64,000 nt of DNA, taken from the NCBI GenBank assembly GCA_001949185.1, contig BDGG01000008.1:1714761-1778760 (forward strand). Reading direction: 5' to 3'. Positions 1-14,000 of the stretch are shown here, piece after piece (position 1 is the stretch's first letter; every line of letters begins with the position of its first letter). The translations under genes and the position numbers were made by a program. Source of the stretch: Ramazzottius varieornatus (Eukaryota > Animalia > Tardigrada). A model generated the notes under the pieces. That model worked only from the letters and a program-made list of their open reading frames with translations, was not told the origin of the DNA and made no database searches.

Positions 1-492
1 GGTGGTCAAGACGTTTCACAAAGCGATAAAGCGACACAGGGAATTCTTCGGCACATCGAAGTCCGTCTGCGATCGAGAATTACTATGGGAACTAGTCCAT
101 CACCTGACCATTAAACACAATTATCGTGAACAATAATTTTTTCATTAATGTTCTAACATGATGGGAGCAAAACGAACACGAGGCAAAGTTTGGCCTGTGG
201 GGCCATCTGATCGCATCGATGGGCGTCGTCGACGCAGCTGTCGTAAAGTTGGTGGAGAAACTCTGAGCTGCGCCGGTCCCGTTAGCAAGCTCAGAGGCCC
301 CCATCATCTTGCAGGAACAACGGCCGGTTCACGGAATCAGCAACTGCCGAATCCGCCTTCGAGCTGCACTATAAAGGCAACCTGCACAAACCTTTCACCC
401 CAAGATCCATGTGGTTTTGCTATTGCTTGTCGACAATTATTCTTCAGACTTCTAGTAGTTGTTTCCGCTTAGAGGAAGGCTGATTGTTTAGC

Positions 493-951
493 ATGGTGTC
501 GTTAAAGTTGTTGATTGTTGCGGCTTTTCTGCTTGTAGGCTTGCTGGACCTGACTTCTGCACGTCGCGGAGGAGGTGGCGGACGTGGTGGTCGTGGAGGG
601 CGTGGGAGCCGCGGAAGAAGAAGAGGTCGCGGTGGCAGAGGAGGGCGTCATCATCGGCATCGTCACGGCCACTTCGGCGGCGGAGGCTTCGACTATCCCG
701 ACTACTACAACCCTAATTTCTACGACGATCTGCCTGACGTTGTGTTTGATGTCCAGGACGAGTCAGCTCTCCTGCCTGCAGACAGTCCGCTTCCCTTGAA
801 AGACAGTTCGAGCGACAGCATCGATGTGGACCTTCCCGACGATGTGGTGAAGACTGACGACAGCCCGATCTTCTTCGACCTGAACACAAAGAATACTGAG
901 GTGGAGGCAAGATCCAAGGCATCAAGAATTAAAAGAAGGTCGATCGGCTAG
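493..951 (+). CDS. Small secreted protein: signal peptide, Gly/Arg-rich cationic block, His-rich stretch, acidic tail (single exon)
   Basis: ATG 493. MVSLKLLIVAAFLLVGLLDLTSA is signal-peptide-like, followed by RRGGGGGRGGRGGRGSRGRRRGRGGRGGRHHRHRHGH and then an Asp-rich segment. AATAAA at ~1085. Confidence 0.8.
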   Translation: MVSLKLLIVAAFLLVGLLDLTSARRGGGGGRGGRGGRGSRGRRRGRGGRGGRHHRHRHGHFGGGGFDYPDYYNPNFYDDLPDVVFDVQDESALLPADSPLPLKDSSSDSIDVDLPDDVVKTDDSPIFFDLNTKNTEVEARSKASRIKRRSIG

Positions 952-1227
952 AAACCGGAGACTGGTTTGCTGTTTGTTGATATGCATTTTACCTCGGCCG
1001 TTCAGGTTGCGTTTCCGACTGCTGTACCAAACGTTTATTTGGTTTTGTTATTGCGCAGTTGTTAAGTTATGCTGTAGTGAATCAATAAAATCCTAATAAC
1101 TAACATCGTAACAGTAAGCTACTGATCACGGATCGATAAAAACTTGAATCTTCGACGGTATATGACCATTCATTCATATTCGGGATAGGAAAAAAACTGA
1201 CAGACTGCGGAGAATATTCGTTAGTAC

Positions 1228-4200
1228 TCACGATCGTGGGTTCCTAACTTCCCCTTCGGTTCCATACTGGTAATAATGTGGCGCTAGTTCGTACAACCAA
1301 TGGGATTCGATAGCGGTGACATCACGCATAAACTCTTGGTTCGTCTGCAAAACTTCGTTGAAGACCACCCTAGAGAACGTGTTCCGTTGTCAAAATGGAC
1401 CTGACTACCCATGCTGAAAATGAGTGCAAATAAAGAAGACATACCAGGGAGGTGGCTTCTCGGCGTAGAGTACCGAAGCCGGGTGGATGTGCAGCTCGTG
1501 GTCATTCCGTACAGTTCGGTAGGTTCCGGATGGGTGAAGGTAAGCCGCATTGGCGAAGAACCCTGCTACGATGCACCGACGGATGTTATCGATATCGTAC
1601 AACGCTCCTTCCATCTGCGGTTCAACTAGAAAAAAAGTGAAAGCTTCATGGGCAAAAGGAAGTCAGTCCAGTGTGTATTCCCGGTGAAGATAACCAAAAG
1701 AACCGTCATCCCATCGAAGACCACGTAGATAAACCGCATATGAATTTGATAGAGTATCCGTGGTTATTTCAAAACTTTAAGCGTCAGTGCCCGAAGCTGT
1801 TCCTTTCTCAATACGGCTATCATCCGAATTGGGCTTGATCAGAAGCCCGCTGTTCTTGTCTAGAACATTATCGAAATAACTGTTCGGTTGCTTGACTTAC
1901 GGTTGTTGTTGGTGTGCGGTATCTTCATCCTGATCAGATGTTTCTCCAGCTGCTTTCTGATATCTACAGCTCGACATAGACCCTTGTAATGCAGAAAGTT
2001 CTGCCGACACCACTGGCTGCTCTTCCCACACTTGACGAAGGCCGTGTAGATGTTCAGAAGGGTAATGTGATCGCCTTCCAGCACCGAAAACTTCCTCCTG
2101 GCTCTTTCGGCATTCACCTTCTGCTCACCCCTGCCTGGTCGGACAAAGACATTCTCCAGCTGCAACATGGCTGCTATGGTCAAGGCTTCTTCGATGCAAT
2201 GGAACTCTGCCGCACCAAGAAGCATCCGTGCCAACATGGGTGACAGAGGCAGTTCGGCCATGTGCAAACCCAAAGGCTCGGTCAGCTTGCCGTTGTCGTC
2301 GATGGCACCCAGCCCGTACAACAGCTCCAAACCTGAAACCGAAAAACTTCTATTCCAAAACTATTTAGAAAGCAAAAATTTACTCAACATCTTCCACATC
2401 CGTTTTTAACGCTTCGTTGCTGTTTCATCACTACATCGGAAATATTACTGTATTGATTGCTGCCGAACGACCGATACTGCCATCATGCACATACCCATAC
2501 GTTTTTCCACACTCTTTCGTAACTTAGAAGGATGGGCAATTTCATTGAAATCAACATAAACAGATTGTCGTTTCATAGGAAAACGAGCACCAAAACAATA
2601 GTTTAACGAACTTTACATAAACGCAGGTTACAGCACCTTGTACAACGTGGGTGGCAGGTGGTGGTGCCGGAAAGTTGAACCTCAGCACGTTGTCGATGCC
2701 CAGTGCCTTCAGCTGCAACAACACCGGTGCCAAGCTCGTTCTCTGCATCTCCGGGACACTGGCGTCCTCCAGTTCCTTGTAGGCTTCCTCCGTATACATC
2801 CTATACGCTTTCCCACTGCGAACTCGCCCAGCACGGCCCGCTCGCTGTTCGGCACTGGCTTTGCTGGTCGGCACGATGATCAAACTATCCACACCGGACT
2901 CTGGATTGAACGCTTTGATCTTGACGAAACCCGCGTCCACTACATAGACGATACCGTTGATGGTGATGCTGGTCTCGGCGATATTTGTCGCTATCACTAC
3001 CTTCCTCGTTCTGGCTGGCGGCATCTCGAAGGCCTTCAACTGGTCACCAGGTGGCAGCGCTCCGTAGAGTGGGACAACGAGTAATTTATTGTGCGTTTCC
3101 GCTTCCAGCGCGTCCGAGTGTTCGTCGAGTAGTCCACATGCATGGTCGACTTCTTCCACTCCTGTGAGAAAAACGAGAACGTCCCCTAATGGTTCAGCTT
3201 TGTGTATTTTCACCACAGTGTCAACAGTGGCGGTTACATAGTTCGGTACGGGGTCTTTCAGGTAGTACACATCGACTGGGAATGTGCGACCTTCGACTGT
3301 AAGAATGGTCGAAGTGGGTTCTTCGTTATTGTTTTTCGTTATTGTTGTACTGGTGTTTGAGTGAGACATGTCGAAAAAGTCTCGTAGGGCTTCAGCGTCC
3401 AGAGTGGCTGAACTAATGATTACTTTCAAGTCAGGTCTTTTGCGGAGGATCTTTTTGAGGAGACCCATGGCAATGTCGGTGGCTATGCTGCGTTCGTGGG
3501 CTTCGTCCAGCATCAAGACGGAGTACTGTTTGAGGAGAGGGTCAGCCATCATTTCACGGACAAGGATACCGTCGGTGATGAACTTGATATTGGTCTCGGA
3601 CGAGGTGCAATCGTCGAAGCGAACGACATAGCCGACTTCCCGGCCGAGAGGTGCACCGCGCTCTTCTGCCACCCTCTGCGCGACCTGTAAGAGCGAGACC
3701 ATGAAAATTGGGGGAAAAATGAAGATTTCGAATGTAGGTCATGCTAAATTTCATCATGACCAACAAGAAACACCGTTTCGAACTGGTACTGGACTCCTCA
3801 CGGGATTTGGACTGGTCACGGGTACAATTTTCTACAACCTTTCCATGTTTTACACGGTTACCGTGATCGCAGCAACTCTTCGAGGTTGTGTTATCCCGAT
3901 CCTTCCCGTCTTCGTCCATCCCGATTCCAGGAGATACTGTGGAATTTGTGTAGTCTTTCCGCTGCCAGTTTCGCCGACGATAACGACGGTCTGAAATTTT
4001 GCTAGAAGGTAGAGAATGCTGTTGCGGTACTGGTAGATGGGAAGGCGTTGCCGCTGTTGGTCCAACGAGTAATGCTTCCACGGATTGTACACGAAAGATG
4101 TAGCGGACGAGTCGGCTGATGCGTCGGAACGCTCTTCCTTCCACGTTGATCCTTGTGCCGAATCGTCACCTGAAAGAACGGTACACTACCATAAGAATTG

Positions 4201-4372
4201 TTCTTTCGCAAGCATTCTAAGTGGCGCAGACGTCCGCGTGGTCCATGCAAAACCAGTGACACCACGTGGCCTAACGCGCGAACGACATCGCGTGAAAATA
4301 GCAAAGATTGCAGCATTATACGGCTAGCATACCTGGTTTCCTGAAGAACGCTCTCCCTCCCGCCGGCTGCAT
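1228..4372 (-). CDS. DHX35: DEAH-box RNA helicase DHX35 (multi-exon)
   Basis: Exon 1 MQPAGGRAFFRKP (ATG 4372). YNPWKHYSLDQQRQRLPIY, GETGSGKTTQIPQ, DEAHER, SAT, TNIAETSITI, QRAGRAGR, HA2/OB-fold C-terminus ending ELAPHYYQYGTEGEVRNPRS* (TGA 1228-1230). GT-AG introns join the ORF pieces. Confidence 0.93.
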
Positions 4373-4930
4373 CGTACTCGTCTGTTTTCTACTAATATCT
4401 GATTCTTCTTCCAAGCTCCAGCCGTGGTCGAGATGAATAGGCAGTCGAAAGTCAAGAATGTCGGAATTTATTTCGTATAGAATTCAAAAAACAATAAAAA
4501 ATTAAAAATCAGCGTTTCGGATTTGGAACTTTTGGAACTTTTGGGGCTGGCTAATCAAGATGATCAATCAACGCACTTGTGTCCACCAAGGACGAAAGGG
4601 CAAGAGTTTTTCCGAGTGGGGTCACGGATGAAATTTTCATGGTTTTTTTCCCTAATCGAAAATCGGATTGTTTCTAGATCTCCTCTTGTGAGTCTTCTCC
4701 TTCCGTATGAACTCCGACAACCCCATCCGATGCTGGAACATACATAAGGTTGTGCTTTCTGTTTGCAGGTGGATGAACCTCTCGCACGGACATTAAGATG
4801 AAGCGCTACCGGAAGACCAGGATAAAGGACGCTTATGCTGATTGAGACCACGGAAATTATCCTCCCAGATGAGTTATGGATGAGTAGTCTCTGTGCACAT
4901 CGCTGCCGAGGCTCGGAGAGCAGCTACGAG

Positions 4931-7149
4931 ATGGCTGGAGTCTCGATAGAAAGCATTCAGAACTTTGCAGCTTTCTTCGTCTTCTTCTGGTTGATGGCCA
5001 TCATCCTCCACCATCTGTTCTGTCGCAGATTCCAATGGTATCAAGAACAAGTCGATTCTGGCACAATCCAGGTTTCTTTCGGTAGAATTTATCTGACATC
5101 TCACTCGTTGAGTGCTTCCATCCAGAAGATCGGTGCATGGCCACGGCTGGTGAAACTATGGCGCATATGGTTCATTTGTGGCGTAATCGTCTCTTCGCTC
5201 CTCATCCTACCCGTCATGATTTTCCTCGTTTACCTCTTCTATGGACATATTACCAAGATCTTTCGATGGTATACCGTCGTCCGACAGATGCCAGTTGGTA
5301 CTCCCATGCCGTCGCTTTCTTCTGTGGTAAGTCCACCCAGATTCTTCAGGAACGTTCTTGATCAGCAGCTAGTGTATCACGTCACAAAAGCACAGTCAGG
5401 TTCCCCGGTTTGTAGCGTAATACTGTTGCACTCTCGTGACGTACAGGTTGGCAGAATCAGGCATGCAGTGACTCGTCAGAGTGGCGCATTGATGCTGTTG
5501 GGTTGAAGCATTTGTGCGTCTCTTGATGTGGTTTCACCTTTTTTCTTGAGTGGCGCACGTGGTTATTGGAGTGGCAAGGAATTGTGCGCGAGTCGCTCCT
5601 GATCAGTTTCTCTTCCAGGTTTCGACCGGTCCAAGCGTGCAGTTAACCCCGGTGATACCTGGCATCAACCTGCCTCTCCCCCACGCTTTGCCTTTCCTAA
5701 TCTCCATCCTCTTCTCCACCTTTTTTCATGAGCTAGGCCATGGCATCTCGGCTGCTTCGGAGTTTACCGACGTTGATGGTGTGGGCGTTGCTCTCATCGG
5801 GTATTACACTAAGCTTCTTTGCCGATTATTCCTGATTAATTCGGAAAGCTCATCTTGCGCTTGTGTTGCAGAATATTTCCAGCGGCTTTCGTGGTCGTGA
5901 AGAATCTGGACGCACAAGCTTTGCAGCGTCAGCTTCGCATAATGGCTGCTGGTGTCTGGCATAACATTGTTTTAGCGCTGACAGCGGCGTTATTGCTCTG
6001 GCTGTTGCCGAACATGATCACACCAATCTACCCACAAGGAAAAAGCGTTACAGTCGTCCAAGTTCTGGACAAGAGCGCCATTTCCAACCATACCGCTGCT
6101 TTTAAATCCGGTATGTGGCTGTGTTGAAAACAATTTCAGGCACGTTCGGGTGAAGTTTTGAGATCGATTTCAGCTCCACAATTTACCAGAATGATGCCTC
6201 AAATGTCTACGAATCTCGTCTCGACTGTTGAAAATTTTGTCGTCAGTGTCTGCTTCGCGCTGATCGTTTCGCTTTATTGTTTTGGGAAAATTGGCAGTTT
6301 ATCAGTCCGCTGTCTTCTTTTGAATCTTAAACTTTCTTTACAACTTTTAATCTTGGATTTCCGCATTTAGTTGTCGAAGGTTTGTTGTTGTGGAATTTAT
6401 TTTATGCGTTGTGATTTTCAGGTATGGAAATTTACAGCATCAACAACTGCTCCGTCACTTCCGGCAAGACCCTCGAACGCTGCGCTTTCGCCTACTCCAA
6501 GCCCGGTTTCTGCCTTTCCCTGGATGAGATGAAGTCCTCCCGTGGGGACTTTCTCCCTCCGGTTGCCCATCCTGACGTTTCAACCGAAGCACCCATCTAC
6601 GAATGCTGCAAGAACGCTTCCTCCTCGCTATGTTTCCGCGACGACAACAATTCGTCCCTGCCCACACCGGAATGCCTGCAGGTCCGCAAGGTCCTGTCCA
6701 TCACTCACCCCTCCTGCAACAGTTCGTACGACTGTCCAGCTCAACACCAATGCTACATTCCATACTTGGCGCCCTCCGAGCGTCTCCTCATCTTCAACAC
6801 CTCCACAGGTCCGGTGCTGTTTGTCGGGGATCCCTTCACACTCGTCCCTGTGCTGAAAGTGTCAAACTTCTCGGCCAGGTCGCTGTTGCCACTGTGGCTG
6901 CCTGATGTAATTGAAAGAACGCTAAAGTATTTTGTCTCGGTGTCTGCTGCGCTAGCTCTGTTGAATTTAGTCCCCTCTTTTGGACTGGATGGAGCGAGGT
7001 TCGCGGCATTGTGGCTAGATTTGTTGTTTCGTTATCGGTTCTTACCAGAAAGATGGGCACCTCATCAGCAGTTGATCGGGACGGTGTTAACTGTTGTCAG
7101 CACTGTTCTTCTAGTCGCCGATGTCTTGATGGGCTTCACTCAAATTTAA
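4931..7149 (+). CDS. MBTPS2: Membrane-bound transcription factor site-2 protease (M50 zinc metalloprotease), multi-exon
   Basis: PVIPGINLP, FFHELGH (HExxH), AGVWHN, Cys-rich insert and NLVPSFGLDG (NxxPxxxLDG); hydrophobic N-terminal helices. Start codon uncertain (in-frame upstream ATG at 4835). Confidence 0.92.
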
Positions 7150-8930
7150 GCGGCACGAGAAGTTGATATTTTATTGGCACGAAATTTTCCTTTGTTTTTT
7201 ACCGGATTAATTTCACAGAAAGAAACTTAAACACCGCATGATAGAGCGTGTCTGTTGTCGGAATTAGGTTCAATTCACCTCGCACGCAATAAAATGGAAA
7301 AGAAAACCTTGCAGCCTAATTAGAGGTTATTGCAAAAAAGAGCAGGACGAAGTGCACGACTCGAATCAACATCCAGCCAGATTCCTGTCCGGTGCACGTA
7401 CACTCCGCAGTGCCGACAAGCTCGAAGACTCGTCCTTCTTCGGTAAGTTTATCGTAGCGTGTGAAATATTTTCGATTCATCTTTGATTTATTCCATTGCT
7501 CGTAATTTACCTGACCATCCAGTATGCGACCACTGTCATTTCAGATCGGAAACAAGATTGAGCAGGCGTTGAACCTCAATCGCGAATTCAGCAGTAAGTA
7601 TCTCGAGGTCATAACCAGCGCCTCGTCTGTGGCGGAACTGTAATAGTGTCTTCCTCTACAACTTTTCGAGACGATTTTCGGAAATTTCGTCTTTCAAAAG
7701 GGTGCCCAGCTTTGTCGGTGGGTTTTTCATTCTTCTCCTCTGACTTTTTATCCACATCTCATAATCATAGTCTCATAATCACTCAGACGCCCAATTTTAC
7801 CTTTGGGCGTCTAAGTGCGTGAGTCTGTCAGTTCAGAGTTCATACTGGACTCTTACAGGGTACCACGCACATGGGCGTCCATTTTGTCAGAAATCGCCCT
7901 GTCGAACAAAGAAGTGGTGTTCTACCGAAGCTGCTAACCTTTGGGTCAAGGAGAGGTGCGGCTTATGAGTGTCCTCAAATTGTACGGGCGAACAAGCTGT
8001 TCTTGTCGGAGAGCTCGGTGATGAAGTTTGTGGTTCGCGCGGTAGCCTCCGGAACGGATAGAGATGGTAGAAGAAGTGCACTGCTTCCCGCGCAACCGGA
8101 TACTGCTACAGTACTGGTCTTTCACAAGAGAACTATGAACCCATGGGATGTCGCCGTTCTTATCGAACTTATGCGAGAGTACAAAATTCTAGCGATCCAG
8201 TTTACAGCATGCAAGTCTACTGTCCCCATGAGCTCGTCATGGAGCTTGCAGTTGGAGAGTGTCGATCGACCTATCACACCGCTGAACCGAACCGCAGTTT
8301 AGCCAAGAAATGGTTAAACTATACACATCGGGAAAATACCTATGCAGCAGATGGATGTTGGATGGTGAAATTTGTACTGGTGACTGAGAAGCGAAAATTC
8401 TAGCCGAGTGATCCAGCTCAAACGAGAAAGCGAATATTCAAAACTTGTAAGTTTCTCAAATTCGCAACAAAATCCACGTAAGATTTTTCTTTTTCCAACG
8501 GTGGTATCTCCGAAGACCTAGCTTTTGCGTTTCGGCCCTATCCTCCAGCGCAGCTTGAGTGGTTGAACACTTTACTAGAAGGATTCGCTCCAGTTTCTTC
8601 TGTGGCATCTTACTTGCATCTGTCGTGGGGTTGTTTCATGCTTAAAAAATAGGCATATTCCATCCGTCCACAGTATCTTGGATTTAATGTTTACTGTTTG
8701 GCCAATTTTGATGACAATATTTTTGCACAGAAGACCATTGCTCTCCACCCTGCCCATGATCGATATACCGAAGAAGATGAGAGTACATTCGGATGGTCAA
8801 GAACTGGACATTACGGACTATGCCTTTGCAAGACGGTCTCAAGCGGATGGTGGGTCGCCGGAATACGAAACTTCCGGTCTGCGCTTCATGTTATTTTTAT
8901 GCTGGTCGAAGAAATAGTCTCAGAATGTTT

Positions 8931-9904
8931 TTATTTCAGGTTTTTCACGCTCATTGTCCAGAGCAACGGTTCCGAACATTTGACCATTACGGTCTCTCTG
9001 TCTAAAGAGTTACTTGTACTGATTAATCCTCCAAAACTCAAAGTCTCGTTGAACAAGTTCCATTGCAAGCCGGAAGTAGAAACTATAGAAGGTCCTGACA
9101 GCGGAAGTAACCCGCAATACGGTCCTTCCAAACCAGTATCCAAGATCATAGTTTGAGCAGTACCACCAGGTATGACATACTGCATATCCGTTTCCGACAT
9201 TAATATCACAGGTAGGTTCGTATACTGAGCAGAGGAAAACAAAGTATTAATGTTTCCCATGCTGTGATCGAAGCGACCCCTTCCACTGCAGACAGCCACG
9301 ATCATGTCAACCTAGAACCGGAAGAGACGCGTGACGTCGATAACGAGTGACACGGCCTCGGTATATAGAACGACTCCGCGGTGAGTCGGTGACGTATTGC
9401 GTTAGTACAAACGTACGGGCGTACTACATAACAGTTATAGCAAGTCACCATGGATAAATCGCTTACGTTTGAACTGGACGAATTTAAACCGTCCGGCTCG
9501 CCACACTCACTACGATTCCGCAAAATCTCTCCGACCAGCTTCAGCGCCTTCGTAAAATCCGTGGCATCTTGGTCAGGTGTCTTTTCTATCCGCACGGAAG
9601 GAAATGATTTGAAGAACTTCAAAACTTCGGGTTCCGCTGAATCGAAGTCACCACATATCAAGTCAGGCAGCCAAGTCGAGCGTGGATCGGGTTTGCCATT
9701 GGCATCGGTGCATAAATGTCGATAAAGAAAATTAGCTCCGCTGTCCGCCGCACATTTGAAGACGGCATTTCTCCAAAGAATTTCAATCTTCTTCCGGTGG
9801 ACAGCAAAGTCGGCGACGGACAGCTCCGTATGGAGAAATATCAGAGCAATACGACAAGCCGATGGACGAAGGCAGTCCAGGAGGCGAATTGACCGAGACA
9901 TCAT
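8931..9904 (-). CDS. TPK1: Thiamine pyrophosphokinase 1 (2 exons)
   Basis: ADSGAN, PDLICGDFDS, TPDQDATDFTKAL, GRFDHSMGNI, GLQWNL..LSFGGLISTSN; one GT-AG intron at ~9312-9466. Confidence 0.93.
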
Positions 9905-11066
9905 TTGCGTTGATTGAGTGATACACCCAGATAGCCTAGCACTTCCGACAGGCTAGATTCCGAGGTTTGTGGGGTACCTGTAAGGTTCAGATGGTTATAC
10001 GGCGCTGACGTAAGGCAGGCTATCAAAAATCCTCATGTCTATCTCCCAAACGAGTTCGAAGATCGATTTGAAAAGTTAATCCGGCAGGAAGAAAGGAGAA
10101 CGCGAGCCATGTTGCCTTTCAAATCTTCGAGTTTTATCCCTTTGTTATCGTTTTCTGCAGCGATGGCCGGATGACTTACCCAGCCTAATATCAAAAATGA
10201 ACCATTTGTGACGTACGGCCTGCTGTGAACCGGTCGAAAGAGGAAGTTTGTCATCGGTGCGCACATTCTTTCGTCCCAAACCGTAGATCCGGTGTTCGAA
10301 CCCAATCTTAGCGGTTTTTACATGCTCCAGTTCTCAGGTCGGCGCAGTGATTTCCGCAGGGGCAACTTTATCAGAAGACGTCAGCTCCTTGAAACATTGC
10401 GAAACATCACGTTGACAATGTTATCGAACTGACGAGTGACCACGATATGCCAGAGCGGAAAGCCGATCAAGTGTCTCATCAGCCGTAGTTAGGCATGCGG
10501 AGACCACTGAACGAGAGATAGCATAATGCTGTACCACGTACTTTAACTGATTATTAGCATGGAAAATAATACTGGCAGCCGGCCGAAAGCGGCAGCGGCC
10601 AGCTAGAACTGGCCAATCAACTGAATCGATTAATGCGCTGTCGCTTTCGGCAGACTGCCAATATTTTTGTCCATGCCAATAATTAGGTAAAGTACGTGTG
10701 TGGAAAACGGTAACGCTGTGGCAACAAACATATCTGTATGCTTGATTGGGTTAATTGCCTTCATGAGGTAGGCAGTATTTGATGTTGGGAAGCCATTCTG
10801 TGTTTTCGGTAATTCATTGGGTAAATCATCCGGCCATCGCTGGTTTCCTGTGCCAAGTGCCAACTGCCAAGGGCCAAAGCTCAAAGTGCAAGCAAAAAGA
10901 ACGGGACGGACATGACGTCAATGATTTCGTCACAGCCGAATGGATGCTGTATGACGTTGTAACGTACACGGCTGCACTGACAGCCGCACTCGGTGCATAA
11001 AGGGGCACAGATGGAAGCAATTCGGTTAATTTTGATTTTTCTCCGTGGAACATGAAGCTTCACACC

Positions 11067-14000
11067 ATGGCTTCGATTCCAGGCTCTACAACTTCCTCCC
11101 GACTATTTAGCTTACAGCCCGTAGACGATCGTGATGGGTTGGAGGAGGTGAGATTCGGCATCCAGAGACTACAAACGCTCCGTCGCTCCTTGTTTCAAAA
11201 TTCTCTCTGCCAAGCTCAGGACGTAGTGTAGGGGTGCGAGGCACGACTCTTACTAGATCGACACCTGGACTTTGGGGGGAGGGGGTCGTGCCGAACGCCC
11301 TTTTGGGTTTTCGACGTTCCGTACTTCCGTTGTCCAGCGAGATGAGGTCTTGGACTCTTGGCAATCTTGTGCACTGACCACTGTTCCCCTTGCAGAGACT
11401 CGAACGGAATTATGCTTTCGTTACCAGCATACAGAATGGCGTTTCGGAAAAGGAAGGAAGAGATCTTTTAAGTCAGGCTGTAAGTCACTTTTACGAGATC
11501 GATATACTGTGGAAATCTACTCCCGCTCATCGTACTTTCTTCGTTCGCAGGTCAGTCAAGCTGCCGGAAAATGTCAAGATTTAGTCGACGGATTGCTGTA
11601 TGGTATTCTGACGGATGCTTCATCGGCGGACCGAGTAAGAATGTAGTCCACTCCGTCGCAATAACTGCGGATCTCGATTTCATGAAATCATGGATTGTTC
11701 TCGTTCTTAGTTCCTGAAAGACCTGACGACGTTGTCGATGGTCTCCTCTACCAACACCGAAGCTCTCCCCTGGGCCGTCAAGACTCTCCACGTTCTAGGT
11801 TTTGACAAATTCAACAAGCTCTCCGAAACTTCGCGTCGACAGTGTCTGTGGTTGCTGAAACAGTTGATGAAGGCTGGCAGTACCACCCCGGCTCTGCCAG
11901 GTGCCGTCATAGCCTTCCTGCGCCAGTTGACCGCCGGCGATCACTGGAAGAATCAAGCCCTCATCGAAGGGTTTCTCGACGTTTTCGCCGACAATCGTCA
12001 ATACTTGGAGGGTCCAGCCGGTGTCCCCATCCTCCAGATGGCTTTCATCGTGTTCTCGAGACTTATCCAGTACCACCATAGAGACCTGCAGTACCAGAGT
12101 ATCAAAGATAGAGAAGTGGACTTCTGCATCGACTGGATACGCACTCGGGTGTGTCTGACCGAATAAGTGGAACACTAAACACACTTGATATTAAAACAAG
12201 AACACAAAACATTTTCCAGCCAAACAAAACCGATAGAATCATTTTTCAAGTGGCGCACGTTTTCACCATGCGCCACTTGAGAAAACAACCATGTCGGTCA
12301 GATAGTTTTCCCCTGTGGCGCACGCTTTCATCTAGTAGCACTGAGAACGTGCGCCACTTGGAAAAATCATTCGTTACAGTTTGTATTGCCGGGCTGCCTT
12401 TCATTCGGTGCTTTACTTTACAGTTTTCGGAATGTTTCCTTCCGCTGGGTAAAGAACTCGCCCGTTCCCTTCTGGCCATTTCCAAGATGCCCAAAATGAA
12501 GGAAGTGTGGCAAGACGCAATCAGCAACGGTAAAGCCCTCAGCAGTACCTTCGAAGGACTCCCGCAGCTCCTTCAGGTCCCATTGCGCAGTATCCGCTGG
12601 ATCATTGCACACCATGTGACGACTGAGCTAGATAAGAAGATCAACTTCCTTTTGAGTCAAGTCCGCGCGGCCCAACATGCTCGGTATTCGGAGATTTTCG
12701 TTCGTCAGTACTTGAACAGTCCAGAAAGCGAGCTGTTGTTGCCCGAAATCATTCGGTTTGTCGTGCGGGTTGTCCATCCGACGAATGAAGTCCTGGCTTC
12801 GGATGTTCTGCAAAGATGGAACTTTATCCTCCTTCTCCTCATGCAATGCAAAGTAGGATAGTTTCGTACAGCTGCTGATAGATTTCTAAGAAGATTATAA
12901 TCATCGGGTTTTATCTATCATTACAGACTGCCGCAGCGTTGAATAGCAGTCTCCTTGCCCTCTTTTACGATTGGCTTCTGGTGGACGCTACCGACAACAA
13001 CATCATGTTTATCGGTAAGCTCTCTTTGTGCTTTCAGTGGTCCGTAGTCCCCCGATATTTTTTTTCGTGTTTGCTTGACGGGTGCCATTTTTGTTGTCTA
13101 CACCTGTAGAGCCAGCGATACTCCTCCTGATGCATATCCGTCTACACAACAACGTGAAAGTACTGAACAAACCACTGTTTTCCACACTTATCACATACCT
13201 GTGCAAGGTAATTTGATCCGCAACCACTAAAATCTCGACTGGGATTTCAGTATTTTCAAAAAAAACGTGAATATTTGTTTTTCGAAAATGGGGAGGTCGA
13301 AAACGAAGCGTACAGGATGGCTATTTGAAGTGGCGCACTCTTCCTGCCAATAACAGCGAATAAGTCCGCTACTCCAGATAACAATGTTATACGTTCTGTT
13401 TGCTGCTCTCCACTTGTTTTGTTCGTCATTTAAATCTTTAGAAAATGATGGCAATTAATGTTCTTTTCTCGTAGACGCCGTTTGAGCTCTTTCCCACCTT
13501 GTCGGAAAGGCTTCGCCAGAACGTGGTCATGTGTTTCCGTCACGTAATGGAGAAACGCGTCGTCCAAGCCAACATGCCGGAAATGCTGACGGAACCGCTG
13601 AACGAAGAACAACGGCTCGTCCTCCGCAAGACTTTCCCTGAAATCTTTGGTCCTCTTTCAGACGATCCCTCCCTTCCATCACCCTCCACAGCCAACAACG
13701 GTCGAGCCCTGGAAAGCAAAGAGAATCTCGTCGAAATGGGCGAGCCTGCAGAACCGTCTCACCACGTAAAGGCTTCGTCACCGGAAATCGAGGCAGTATC
13801 TGTAAAGAAAGAACCCAAGGATGAGGTGCCGGTCAGAAATGTCGCCGAGCTGAAGAGTATGTCAACATTGCTGCCGTCACACATTCAAGATCTGCTTCTG
13901 AGGATGAATGGTGGGACGAATGAGGAGCAATGCGCTGCCATGGAAGACTTTGTCGGAGAGATTGTCCACAAGGTATTCCATGCTCTTCGTTGTTTCTTCT

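Noticed and set aside
7320-8920. Exon-like fragments and ORFs between MBTPS2 and TPK1, including a small hairpin at ~7779-7817
   Set aside because: No consistent gene model or recognisable motif; possibly a decayed gene.
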